A DNA stretch of 37,565 nt. It comes from Bacteroidota bacterium (lineage in GTDB: Bacteria > Bacteroidota > Ignavibacteria > UBA10030 > F1-140-MAGs086). The translations under genes and the position numbers were made by a program. The DNA is taken from positions 1-37,565 of the forward strand of contig SXSO01000112.1 in the NCBI GenBank assembly GCA_005792205.1, given 5' to 3'. The notes under the pieces are model-generated. The model was not told the origin of the DNA. It searched no databases and worked only from the letters and a program-made list of their open reading frames with translations. Shown piece after piece: positions 16,422-24,963 of the stretch (position 1 is its first letter; the number at the start of each line of letters is the position of its first letter).

Positions 16422-19196
16422 TTATCCCCAATTGAGTTTCATTCCCAAAAGTATTTGTCGTGGATTTCCATAAATGTATGGTGGAAGTTTGCTTGGCATT
16501 TGATACCATTGATACATTTGGTTCGTATTTATATCATAATCTCCAAATTGAAATTGACGACCTTCATTCACATTAAATCCATCTCCTAAACTTGTAACAT
16601 TTTTTGTATTCAAAATATTTAAAATGTCAAATGTAATATCTATGTTCATTTTGTTTAGCAATCGGAATTTTTTATAAAATGCAAAATTCACTGTGTGAGT
16701 TGATGGACCATCTGCAGTATTTTTTTTGTAAGCATCTTCAATTGTGCTTACGCGAGATGAAGTTGGAGTATATGGAAATCCACTTCCAAATGACCAAGTG
16801 AGCGAACTTCCCCAATCATTAAAAAATGGAATTTCAAAAATTGAGAAATCATCATTTTCATCAACTCTGAAATTTAAAAATAGATTTAACGTATGTCTTT
16901 GATCCCAATCAAGACGGCTTTCTCGTGGAAGTTGAAAGTTTGAACTTATAGCACTTTCAAATGGATTGCTTGAACGACCTTTTGCAATTTGATATGAATA
17001 ACTTACGTTTCCTGAAAAATATTTTACAAGACCTTTATTTAAAGTAATTTCAAATCCACGAGAACTTGCAAAATCATTATTCATATAAATCAAAACTTTT
17101 TCTGCAGGAAGTGTAATCACATAATCAAATATATCTTTGTAAAACCCTCTTATTCCAAGAGCTAAATCATCTGTAATTTGGCTTTCAAAACCGCTTTCAT
17201 ATTGAACTGTTCTTTGTGGTTTTAAATTTGGATTTCCAACTGTTATATCTTCATCCACAACATATGCGGGTCTAATATATAGCATTCTTTCGGGAAATTG
17301 CATAAAGTGTCCATAGTTGAAAAAGAAACCAACTCTATCTGTAATTGGAAAATTTATTGCAAGTCGTGGACTAATTTTTCCACTCAACATTGCATCCATC
17401 AAACTATTTTTATTCCAATCCCATTTTGTAGAATCAAATCCTGTTGCATCTTTCCAAGCATCAATAAATTTTCTTTCAAAAACTTCTTCGCCAACATAAA
17501 GAAAATCATATCTTAAACCAATATGTAAATTTGTTCCAAAAATTTTCATATTGTTTTGAACATACATTGAACCTGTTTGCGGCATATTTGAAAGATACCA
17601 ACGATAAACACCATAACCCGGAAATTCACCTTCATCATAACGAACAGAATCTGGATATGGAGCAGAATAAGTTTGACCATTGTAAGAAATTTTTCCAAGT
17701 GGATACGAAATTTCAGTTGAAAGAATTTTTTCAAAATTATATTCAAATCCTGTTTTGAAAAAAATATTTTCAGCAATTGGATTATTCAAATCAAATTTAA
17801 TTGTAGAAACTGTTGTTCTACTATCTTTCCAAACTTGGCTTGAACCCAAATCATAAAATCCATCTCTACTTGGATCATATTGTGTGGCATCTGTAATTGG
17901 AGAGTATTCATATGGCTTAAGTCCTGAAACAGATTCGTTTCTTCCAATTTGTAAAATACTTCCTTGCATTCTCAAATATCCATCATTGCCAATAAAATGC
18001 ATCCATTGAAAAGTGTTTTGTTCAGAAACATTTTCATTTTGACGAGAAGAATCTGCAAGCAATTTCCATATATGACGATAGTCGTGATATGTTCCTGAAT
18101 TTGTGCGATATGAATAACTAAATTGATCACTTCCATTCACATCGTAACGAAGTTTTCCATTGAAAGTAAACTCATTTGAAAGCTTGTCATAATATGAAAG
18201 TTTCAAAAAATTTCCCAAACTTCCTTGTATTTGAACTGTTCTTCTCAAAGGATTGTAAAAACTGTTTTTGATAAAATTATATGGAGCATCGCTTTGATTG
18301 AAATCAGATGAAATAAAAAATGTAAGTTTTTGAGATTCAAATTTTGCAATTGGACCTCCAAAAGAAATGGAATAATATTTTTCATTGAATGAAGTTGCGT
18401 TATTCATTCCATCATCTCGTATTTGAAGTGAACCAGTAAAATTATCAGAACCAGATTTTGTAATGATTGTAATAACTCCCGATTGTGCATTTCCATATTC
18501 AGCATCCATTCCACTTGTGGTAACACTTAATGTTTGAATTGCGTTTGTAGAAATATTCAATCCCGAAGTTGAAATTGAATTTCCAACTCCAGAATTAAAT
18601 TGTTGAAGTTGAGAATTTGCTTCAGAAGTTGTTCCTGCACTTCCTCCCAAAACATCATTTACAGAAATTCCATCTACAATGTATTGAACTTCATTTGCTC
18701 TTCCTCCACGAAGAAATACATTGTTTCCCATCTTCACTGCTCCAGCTTGAAGTTGCATTACATCTTGCACACTTTTTACATTTGGAATTTGTTCAATTGC
18801 TTTAGAACTCATTGTTTTAGTTGAAGAAGTTGCTTGCACATTTACAATTTTAGATTCTCCCATAACTTCCACTCCTTTGATTTGAACAGAAGTTGATGTG
18901 AGTTTAAAATTTATATTTACAGTTTGAGCATCTTTTACTTCTACTTTCCCCTCTTTGTTTTCATATCCAATTAAAGATGCACGAAGCGTATGTTTTCCCG
19001 CAGCAATGTTATCGATTGTAAATTTACCATCAAAATCAGAAACCGCTCCACGACTCGTTCCAACAACTAATATATTTACATTAAATAATGCATCTCCAGT
19101 TGAGGCATCTACAACTTTCCCCGTAATTTTTCCAGAAGAAAACACAATTTGAAAATTTATCAGTATAACAAAAAATAAAAATTTTAACTTATTCAT
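16422..19196 (-). CDS. TonB-dependent receptor with an N-terminal CarboxypepD_reg domain
   Basis: 924 aa. The domain order is signal peptide, then GKITGKVVDASTGDALFNVNILVVGTSRGAVSDFDGKFTIDNIAAGKHTLRASLIGY (CarboxypepD_reg). A possible TonB box IKGVEVMGE follows. The plug is VQDVMQLQAGAVKMGNNVFLRGGRANEVQYIVDGISVND, followed by a long beta-barrel. The C-terminus is LLGMKLNWG. Confidence 0.85.
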   Translation of the reverse strand: MNKLKFLFFVILINFQIVFSSGKITGKVVDASTGDALFNVNILVVGTSRGAVSDFDGKFTIDNIAAGKHTLRASLIGYENKEGKVEVKDAQTVNINFKLTSTSVQIKGVEVMGESKIVNVQATSSTKTMSSKAIEQIPNVKSVQDVMQLQAGAVKMGNNVFLRGGRANEVQYIVDGISVNDVLGGSAGTTSEANSQLQQFNSGVGNSISTSGLNISTNAIQTLSVTTSGMDAEYGNAQSGVITIITKSGSDNFTGSLQIRDDGMNNATSFNEKYYSISFGGPIAKFESQKLTFFISSDFNQSDAPYNFIKNSFYNPLRRTVQIQGSLGNFLKLSYYDKLSNEFTFNGKLRYDVNGSDQFSYSYRTNSGTYHDYRHIWKLLADSSRQNENVSEQNTFQWMHFIGNDGYLRMQGSILQIGRNESVSGLKPYEYSPITDATQYDPSRDGFYDLGSSQVWKDSRTTVSTIKFDLNNPIAENIFFKTGFEYNFEKILSTEISYPLGKISYNGQTYSAPYPDSVRYDEGEFPGYGVYRWYLSNMPQTGSMYVQNNMKIFGTNLHIGLRYDFLYVGEEVFERKFIDAWKDATGFDSTKWDWNKNSLMDAMLSGKISPRLAINFPITDRVGFFFNYGHFMQFPERMLYIRPAYVVDEDITVGNPNLKPQRTVQYESGFESQITDDLALGIRGFYKDIFDYVITLPAEKVLIYMNNDFASSRGFEITLNKGLVKYFSGNVSYSYQIAKGRSSNPFESAISSNFQLPRESRLDWDQRHTLNLFLNFRVDENDDFSIFEIPFFNDWGSSLTWSFGSGFPYTPTSSRVSTIEDAYKKNTADGPSTHTVNFAFYKKFRLLNKMNIDITFDILNILNTKNVTSLGDGFNVNEGRQFQFGDYDINTNQMYQWYQMPSKLPPYIYGNPRQILLGMKLNWG

Positions 19197-19201
19197 TGGA
19201 T

Positions 19202-20986
19202 TTAAAAATTTAATTCACCAATATCTATAAATGCTTGTCTTATCGCAAGATATGCTGTTTCTTTATATGTGTAATAAAGTGGAAACCCAAAATAAATAAT
19301 TTTATATGTTGGTCCTAAATAACGAATTCCAATTGGTTGTTGATTGTAACTTGAATTTGATGATTTCAAAGAATAAATCTGTTGAGCAAAACCAATTGGA
19401 TATGTAATTAAAATTGAATCCATTAAATTATTTGGTGATGGATGCAATTTTGTTGCATTAAGTGTATCAAGAAAAATTTCAGGATATCCAAAACTTCCAT
19501 TTACTCCTTCACACTCACGAGTTTGAAGTTGCATATCAGGAATATAAAGAGAACTTAAATGCAAATAATTATCAAAAAGTTTTTCACGCGACTCTTGTTC
19601 ATAAATTCTATTATATAAATCCCAACTACTTATTATCATTTTTCCACCTAAATCAAGATATGAAGTAATTCCATCAACTGCTTCTTTTTTTAATGCTAAA
19701 CGACGAGCAATATAAGGACCTCCTCCTCTAACTTTTTTATCACTTGAAAAAAATATGCCACTATATTTTGCAAGTGTAAATAAATTGGGAAATGATTTTT
19801 TGGGAGTTACAAGATAATAATCTACATCTCCAAAAAGATTGAGTGAATCAAAAATTGAATGATAAAAATTGTATCTATCTTGTGGTGATGGACTTTCGGG
19901 AGAACTTACCAATTGGTTTCCCGTGGAATCAGTATTATCAATGTACAAATATCTTTTGGGGCGATTTACGTCAGTAAATTCTGGAACATAAATTCTAAAA
20001 TATAAAGTATCTGGAGTTGGATCTACAAGATAGTATTGGTTTCTTGCACGAACAATAATGTTATGAATTTTTGAAGTATCATACCACGCTCCATTAGTGG
20101 AATCACATTGAGCTCCAAAAAATGTTACTTCATCTGACGAAGAAAAATTTGACCATCCTTTATCATCAATATTATATTGATATTCCAAATCAGAACCAAG
20201 TGAATCACTTCCTATGAAACTATATGTAACACCACTAAATGTTGGTGTTGCAAAGGGAAGCATCATACGAATATTTCTATCTATTTTTCTTCCATTTATA
20301 GTTGAAGTAAATTCATAATTAACTCGTGTATCAGGAGGATAAATTTTTGGTGTTCCAAAACTCACCGTTGCAGGAGTTAAATCTTCTGTTCCTTTGTTAT
20401 CAATTGATTTTACTTCAAATGTATGTGTATTGTTTTGCGAACTTGAAGTAAAAATAAATGTACCGCGACTTGGGTTTTTAATCTCAATTGGATTGTAAAT
20501 TGAAACTTCACTTCCAAAAATATTTAAAACTTTTCCACTGTCAAGCAATCTTTCAACACTATCACTTACGTTTCCTGTTAAAGTAGAAAGATATTTGAAA
20601 ATATTTGGAATAGCATTATCATCATTTGCATTTTCAACTTTTACAACAAATGCTGAATTAATATCACCTCCAAATGAAATATTTAAAATTGTATTCCAAC
20701 TTCCAGTAAGTGTTTCAGGAATTACAACTGAATCGCGAAGTATTGAATTCCAACGAAAACTAAACGCTGTAATAAATCCATCTTTATCTTTTCCACTCCA
20801 CGAAAGTGAAACTTTTGCTGTTCCAAATTGATAAACACTATCTTGTGGAGGAATATTTGCAAGTTGAGTTTCAGGCAATTGATTGTCAAAAAGTTTTCCC
20901 GAATCAGTTGGCTTCGTGCAACTAAATAATATAAAAGTAAAAACTATTGCAAAAACAAATTTAAAAATATTGTTCATTTTATTCAA
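19202..20986 (-). CDS. Large lipoprotein of unknown function (Ig-like modules plus an unassigned C-terminal domain)
   Basis: Lipobox FILFSC. Repeated W/Y-rich Ig-like signatures include VSLSWSGKDKDGFITAFSFRWN, HTFEVKSIDNKGTEDLTPATVSF and LEYQYNIDDKGWSNF. The C-terminal ~240 aa contain YLYIDNTDS...LAKYSGIFFSSD...YLDLGGKMIISSWD. Its start overlaps the upstream gene by 8 nt. Confidence 0.6.
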   Translation of the reverse strand: MNKMNNIFKFVFAIVFTFILFSCTKPTDSGKLFDNQLPETQLANIPPQDSVYQFGTAKVSLSWSGKDKDGFITAFSFRWNSILRDSVVIPETLTGSWNTILNISFGGDINSAFVVKVENANDDNAIPNIFKYLSTLTGNVSDSVERLLDSGKVLNIFGSEVSIYNPIEIKNPSRGTFIFTSSSQNNTHTFEVKSIDNKGTEDLTPATVSFGTPKIYPPDTRVNYEFTSTINGRKIDRNIRMMLPFATPTFSGVTYSFIGSDSLGSDLEYQYNIDDKGWSNFSSSDEVTFFGAQCDSTNGAWYDTSKIHNIIVRARNQYYLVDPTPDTLYFRIYVPEFTDVNRPKRYLYIDNTDSTGNQLVSSPESPSPQDRYNFYHSIFDSLNLFGDVDYYLVTPKKSFPNLFTLAKYSGIFFSSDKKVRGGGPYIARRLALKKEAVDGITSYLDLGGKMIISSWDLYNRIYEQESREKLFDNYLHLSSLYIPDMQLQTRECEGVNGSFGYPEIFLDTLNATKLHPSPNNLMDSILITYPIGFAQQIYSLKSSNSSYNQQPIGIRYLGPTYKIIYFGFPLYYTYKETAYLAIRQAFIDIGELNF

Positions 20987-21572
20987 CTCTAATTGAAGAA
21001 ATTCTAAATTGAGGTGTAACTTCTAATACATCAACTCCTTGTGAAATTGTTCTTTGAAGAGAATTATCCAAATCAAATTCGCAAGTTACAATTGTTTTTT
21101 TACCTTCATAAGTTTGAATGTTAGCAGGAATCAAAACTGATGTGTTATCTCCTCTTATATCATTGACAGCGATAAGATTATTTCCTATTCCATTAAAAAA
21201 AGAAAACACAACTGGAACTATATTTATTTCAAGTCGTGAGAATGAAGTTATTGGAACATAACCTTGTCCAATAATTAAACTTGAATCAAGACACTTTTTA
21301 TCCAAAACATCTATTGCTGAATTTGATCTTGCTGTTGCTTTCACATCAGAAAAAATTTCAATAAACGATTCATTTTCTCTAAACGCAAAAATAGAAGATA
21401 TGTTGTTTAAAAATAAATGTCTATGTAAACTATATGTTGGTAAATATTCAGAAGTTTTGGTTTTGAATCTTATTTCCAAAATAGGTGGATTTATTGTAGT
21501 AAAAAATGATTCTTCTTTACATCCACCAATCAATAATATGGATAAGAAAAAAATTGTTATAAAAAATTTCAT
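20979..21572 (-). CDS. Small lipoprotein of unknown function, first gene of the six-gene operon
   Basis: I prefer the ATG at 21572 (MKFFITIFFLSILLIGGCKEE, signal peptide plus lipobox), giving 197 aa. The track's longer version (start 21698) has a Lys/Phe-rich junk leader and overlaps the polA 3' end. Confidence 0.6.
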   Translation of the reverse strand: MKFFITIFFLSILLIGGCKEESFFTTINPPILEIRFKTKTSEYLPTYSLHRHLFLNNISSIFAFRENESFIEIFSDVKATARSNSAIDVLDKKCLDSSLIIGQGYVPITSFSRLEINIVPVVFSFFNGIGNNLIAVNDIRGDNTSVLIPANIQTYEGKKTIVTCEFDLDNSLQRTISQGVDVLEVTPQFRISSIRVE

Positions 21573-21651
21573 GCTTTTTTTAAAAAAAAATTTGAGAAAT
21601 AAAAGAATTTTTTTTTTCTTGACAAAAAAGAAAATGTATTTTATCTTAATT
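21573..21651 (-). promoter_or_regulatory. Probable promoter region of the six-gene outer-membrane operon
   Basis: This is the only non-coding gap (79 bp) upstream of the operon. The minus strand reads TTGTCA, a 17-nt spacer, then TTATTT, followed by long T9/A7 tracts before the ATG. The hexamers are weak and FCB promoters differ from sigma-70 consensus, so this is tentative. Confidence 0.25.
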
Positions 21652-24402
21652 TTAATGACACTCAAACCAATTGTTTCCAACACCAATTGTAATTTCAATA
21701 GGAACTAAAAGTTGCAACGCATTTTTCATTTCAAACTCAATGAGTTTCAATGCTTCGTTTAAATCGTTTTCAAAAATCTCAAACACAAGTTCATCGTGAA
21801 TTTGAAGGAGTAAGTTTGCTTTTAAATTTTTCTCTTTAAATTTTTTAGATAAATTGACCATCGCAATTTTTATCATATCAGCAGCACTTCCTTGAATTGG
21901 AGAATTTATTGCTTGACGTTCAGCATTTGCACGAAGAGAAGCATTTTGGCTATTGATATTTGGAATATATCTTCTTCTTCCCGTAATTGTTTCAACATAT
22001 CCTGTTGCTCTTGCAAATTCAATTGTATCAGATAAAAATGTTTTTACTTTTGGAAATCTCTCAAAATAAGTTGTGATAATTTTTTTTGCTTCACTCTGTG
22101 GAATTTGTAAATTTTGAGAAAGTCCATACGGAGCAATTCCGTAGATGATTCCAAAATTTACTTCCTTTGCTCTTCGTCGCGTTTCTCTACTATCCAAAAA
22201 AAAATTTTCACTAAAAAGTTTTTCTGCAGTTGAAGTATGAATATCTTCCCCATTTTTAAATGCTTCAATCATCGCTTCGTCATTAGAATTATGAGCCATT
22301 ATGCGAAGTTCAATTTGAGAATAATCTGCTGAAACAATTTTCCATTTTTTTTCTGTAATAAAAGATTTGCGAATTTCTCTTCCGATATCTGTTCTAATTG
22401 GAATATTTTGAAGATTAGGATTACTACTTGAAAGTCGTCCCGTTGCTGCAATTGTTTGATGGAACGAGGTGTGAATGCGAAAATTTTTATCAACCGATTT
22501 TAAAATTCCATCTACAAATGTAGATTTGAGTTTTGAAAATGTTCTATGTTCAATAAGTTTTTCAATCACGGGATGTTTATCAACTAATGTTTCCAATACA
22601 AAGGTATTAGTAGAAAATCCTGTTTTTGTTTTTTGTTTTGTTTGAAGTGAAAGTTTGTTGAATAAAATTTCACTCAACTGTTTTGGAGAATTGATATTGA
22701 ATTTTTCTCCAATCAAATTGTAAATTGAATTTTCTAAATCTTCAACTTTGGAATTCAAATTGTTAAAAAAAGTTTCCAAAAAAATTACATCAATCTTTTG
22801 CCCAATAATTTCCATTTCACACAAAACTTTTGTAAGTGGAAATTCAATTTCATAACAAAGGTTCCCAAACCTTTCTTTGTGAATTTTAGAATTTAATAAA
22901 TTGTAAATTCGCATTGTAAAATCGGCATCTTCACAAGAATAGTTAGAAATTTTTTCCAACGGAACTTCCCAAATATATTTTTCTCCACTTTCAAAAAGTT
23001 CTTCAAATGAAATTTTTTTGTAATTGAAAAATTCCATTGACATTGAATCTAAACTATGAGAAAAATTATTATTCAAAATATAGTGAGCAATCATCGTATC
23101 AAAGATTTCACCACAAACTTTTATTCCATAATTAGATAAAACTAAAATATCATACTTTATATTTTGACCAATCTTTAAAATTGATTCATCTTCAAAAATT
23201 GGTTGAAAAATTTTCTTAAAAAAATCAATTGAAATTTCACTCTTATTTTTTTTCTCGTTAAGTGAAAATAAATTCTCATCTGTATTTTCAGCATTAAAAT
23301 CAAATGCAACATAAAATGCTTCTCCTTCTTGAAGACAAATTGAAAGTCCAACAATTTGTGATTTCAATGGATTTTGTGATGTTGTTTCAGTATCAAACAC
23401 AATTTTTTTATACTCCAAAATTTTTTTTGAAAGTTCAACCAAATCAGTTTGAGTTGTGATAAGTTTGTAATTTACTTTTTCAGTAGAAATATTTTTTGTG
23501 TTTTCATTTTGCAAAACTGGTTTGCTTAAACTTTTGGAAATATTTACGTTTTTTAGAAACTCTTTAAAATCTAATTCTCTAAAAATTTCAGAAAGTTTTT
23601 CATAATTTTTTTCTTTGAGTTTTAAATCTTCAATTTCTAAATCAAATGGAACATTTGTATCTATTATTAATAGTTTTTTTGAAAACACTGCACTTTCTTT
23701 TCCATCTTCAATTTTTTTTTGGATTACTTTATTTTCAATTTTGTGTAGATTTGCAATTATATTTTCAATGTTTCCAAATTGTTGCACAAGTGGAATTGCA
23801 GATTTATCTCCAATTCCATTAACTCCAGGAATATTATCAGATTTATCTCCAATGAGTGACAAAACATCCACAACTAAATCTGGATTCACAGAAAATTTTT
23901 TTAAAACATCTTCAGCACCCAAAATTTGCCATTGATTAAATGAAACTGGTTTGTAAATTTTTATCAACTCAGAAATTAGTTGCATAAAATCTTTATCCGC
24001 GGTTACTAAATAAGTCAAAATATTTTTTTTCTCCGCTTTTTTTGCAAATGTTCCCATTAAATCATCTGCTTCAAAACCTTCAAGTTCAAGTATAGGAATG
24101 TTAAATGCCTTTACAACATCTCGCAGTTTTCCCAATTGCATAGCAAGTTCTTCAGGAATTGATTGGCGATTTGCTTTATACTGTGGATACATTTTATGAC
24201 GAAACGTTTTACCTTTTAAATCAAATGCAACTGCAAAATAATCTGGTTTATCTTTTTCAAGAATTTTAAAAAGTGTTTTTACAAAACCAAATAACGCACT
24301 TGTATTTTCTCCTTTTGCATTTCGTAAATGATTTTTTTGAAACGCATAAAACGAACGATATGCAATTGCCATTCCATCAAGCAAAAATAATTTTTCAGAC
24401 AT
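21652..24402 (-). CDS. polA: DNA polymerase I
   Basis: The 5' nuclease N-terminus is KLFLLDGMAIAYRSFYAF. The 3'-5' exonuclease region carries IVFDTETTS. Polymerase motifs are SADYSQIELRIMAH and LLQIHDELVFE. I prefer the ATG at 24402 (MSEKLFLLDG), giving 916 aa and an 8-nt overlap with the tadA stop. The track start 24441 is possible. Confidence 0.95.
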   Translation of the reverse strand: MSEKLFLLDGMAIAYRSFYAFQKNHLRNAKGENTSALFGFVKTLFKILEKDKPDYFAVAFDLKGKTFRHKMYPQYKANRQSIPEELAMQLGKLRDVVKAFNIPILELEGFEADDLMGTFAKKAEKKNILTYLVTADKDFMQLISELIKIYKPVSFNQWQILGAEDVLKKFSVNPDLVVDVLSLIGDKSDNIPGVNGIGDKSAIPLVQQFGNIENIIANLHKIENKVIQKKIEDGKESAVFSKKLLIIDTNVPFDLEIEDLKLKEKNYEKLSEIFRELDFKEFLKNVNISKSLSKPVLQNENTKNISTEKVNYKLITTQTDLVELSKKILEYKKIVFDTETTSQNPLKSQIVGLSICLQEGEAFYVAFDFNAENTDENLFSLNEKKNKSEISIDFFKKIFQPIFEDESILKIGQNIKYDILVLSNYGIKVCGEIFDTMIAHYILNNNFSHSLDSMSMEFFNYKKISFEELFESGEKYIWEVPLEKISNYSCEDADFTMRIYNLLNSKIHKERFGNLCYEIEFPLTKVLCEMEIIGQKIDVIFLETFFNNLNSKVEDLENSIYNLIGEKFNINSPKQLSEILFNKLSLQTKQKTKTGFSTNTFVLETLVDKHPVIEKLIEHRTFSKLKSTFVDGILKSVDKNFRIHTSFHQTIAATGRLSSSNPNLQNIPIRTDIGREIRKSFITEKKWKIVSADYSQIELRIMAHNSNDEAMIEAFKNGEDIHTSTAEKLFSENFFLDSRETRRRAKEVNFGIIYGIAPYGLSQNLQIPQSEAKKIITTYFERFPKVKTFLSDTIEFARATGYVETITGRRRYIPNINSQNASLRANAERQAINSPIQGSAADMIKIAMVNLSKKFKEKNLKANLLLQIHDELVFEIFENDLNEALKLIEFEMKNALQLLVPIEITIGVGNNWFECH

Positions 24403-24853
24403 TTCTTTTTCCTTTAAAAAATTCTTGGAGAATTGAACCACTTTCTTTTTCCATCACTCCTCCAATACATAGCAATCTATGATTTAATCTTGTGTCGTTT
24501 GTGATGTTGTAAAGAGATGAAACGCTTCCCATTTTTTTATCGTACGCTCCAAAAACCAAAAGCGAAATTTTTGATAATACAATTGCACCCGCACACATTG
24601 GACATGGTTCAAGTGTTGTGTAAAGAACACAATCTTCAAGACGAGACGAATTTAAGAATTCAAATGCAGAAGTAATTGCAATCATCTCTGCGTGTGCAGT
24701 TGCGTCTTTTAAAATTTCAGTTTGATTATATCCTTTTCCAATTATTTTATTTTGATACACAACAATTGCTCCAATTGGAACTTCATTTTTTTTTAAACCA
24801 AATTCTGCTTCTTTGAAGGCAAGTTCCATAAATTTTTTATGATTCACATTCAT
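24395..24853 (-). CDS. tadA: tRNA adenosine(34) deaminase
   Basis: 152 aa with the CDA zinc motifs HAEMIAI and LEPCPMCAGAI. Confidence 0.92.
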   Translation of the reverse strand: MNVNHKKFMELAFKEAEFGLKKNEVPIGAIVVYQNKIIGKGYNQTEILKDATAHAEMIAITSAFEFLNSSRLEDCVLYTTLEPCPMCAGAIVLSKISLLVFGAYDKKMGSVSSLYNITNDTRLNHRLLCIGGVMEKESGSILQEFFKGKRNV

Positions 24854-24963
24854 ATTTACAAATATACGATAAGTTTAAAAAATTAAATCACATTGTTTTT
24901 TTTAAATTTCTATTGTTTTTTACAATTTTCTATCTTATATTTAGAAAAATAAAATACACTGTT

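Noticed and set aside
16422-19196. Interpreting the receptor operon as a canonical SusC/SusD polysaccharide utilisation locus
   Set aside because: The gene downstream of the receptor has no lipobox, and its sequence suggests a beta-rich protein with an FN3 module and a CTD rather than the SusD-type TPR-like helical lipoprotein. No glycoside hydrolase, sensor or regulator is present. Kept instead as an unclassified receptor-centred operon.
21573-21698. Longer version of the first operon lipoprotein (start 21698) and the + strand ORF 21400..21708
   Set aside because: The extension is poly-Lys/Phe translated from A/T tracts and overlaps the polA stop. The signal peptide plus lipobox begins at the internal Met (21572). 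The + strand ORF is a shadow of the same AT-rich region.
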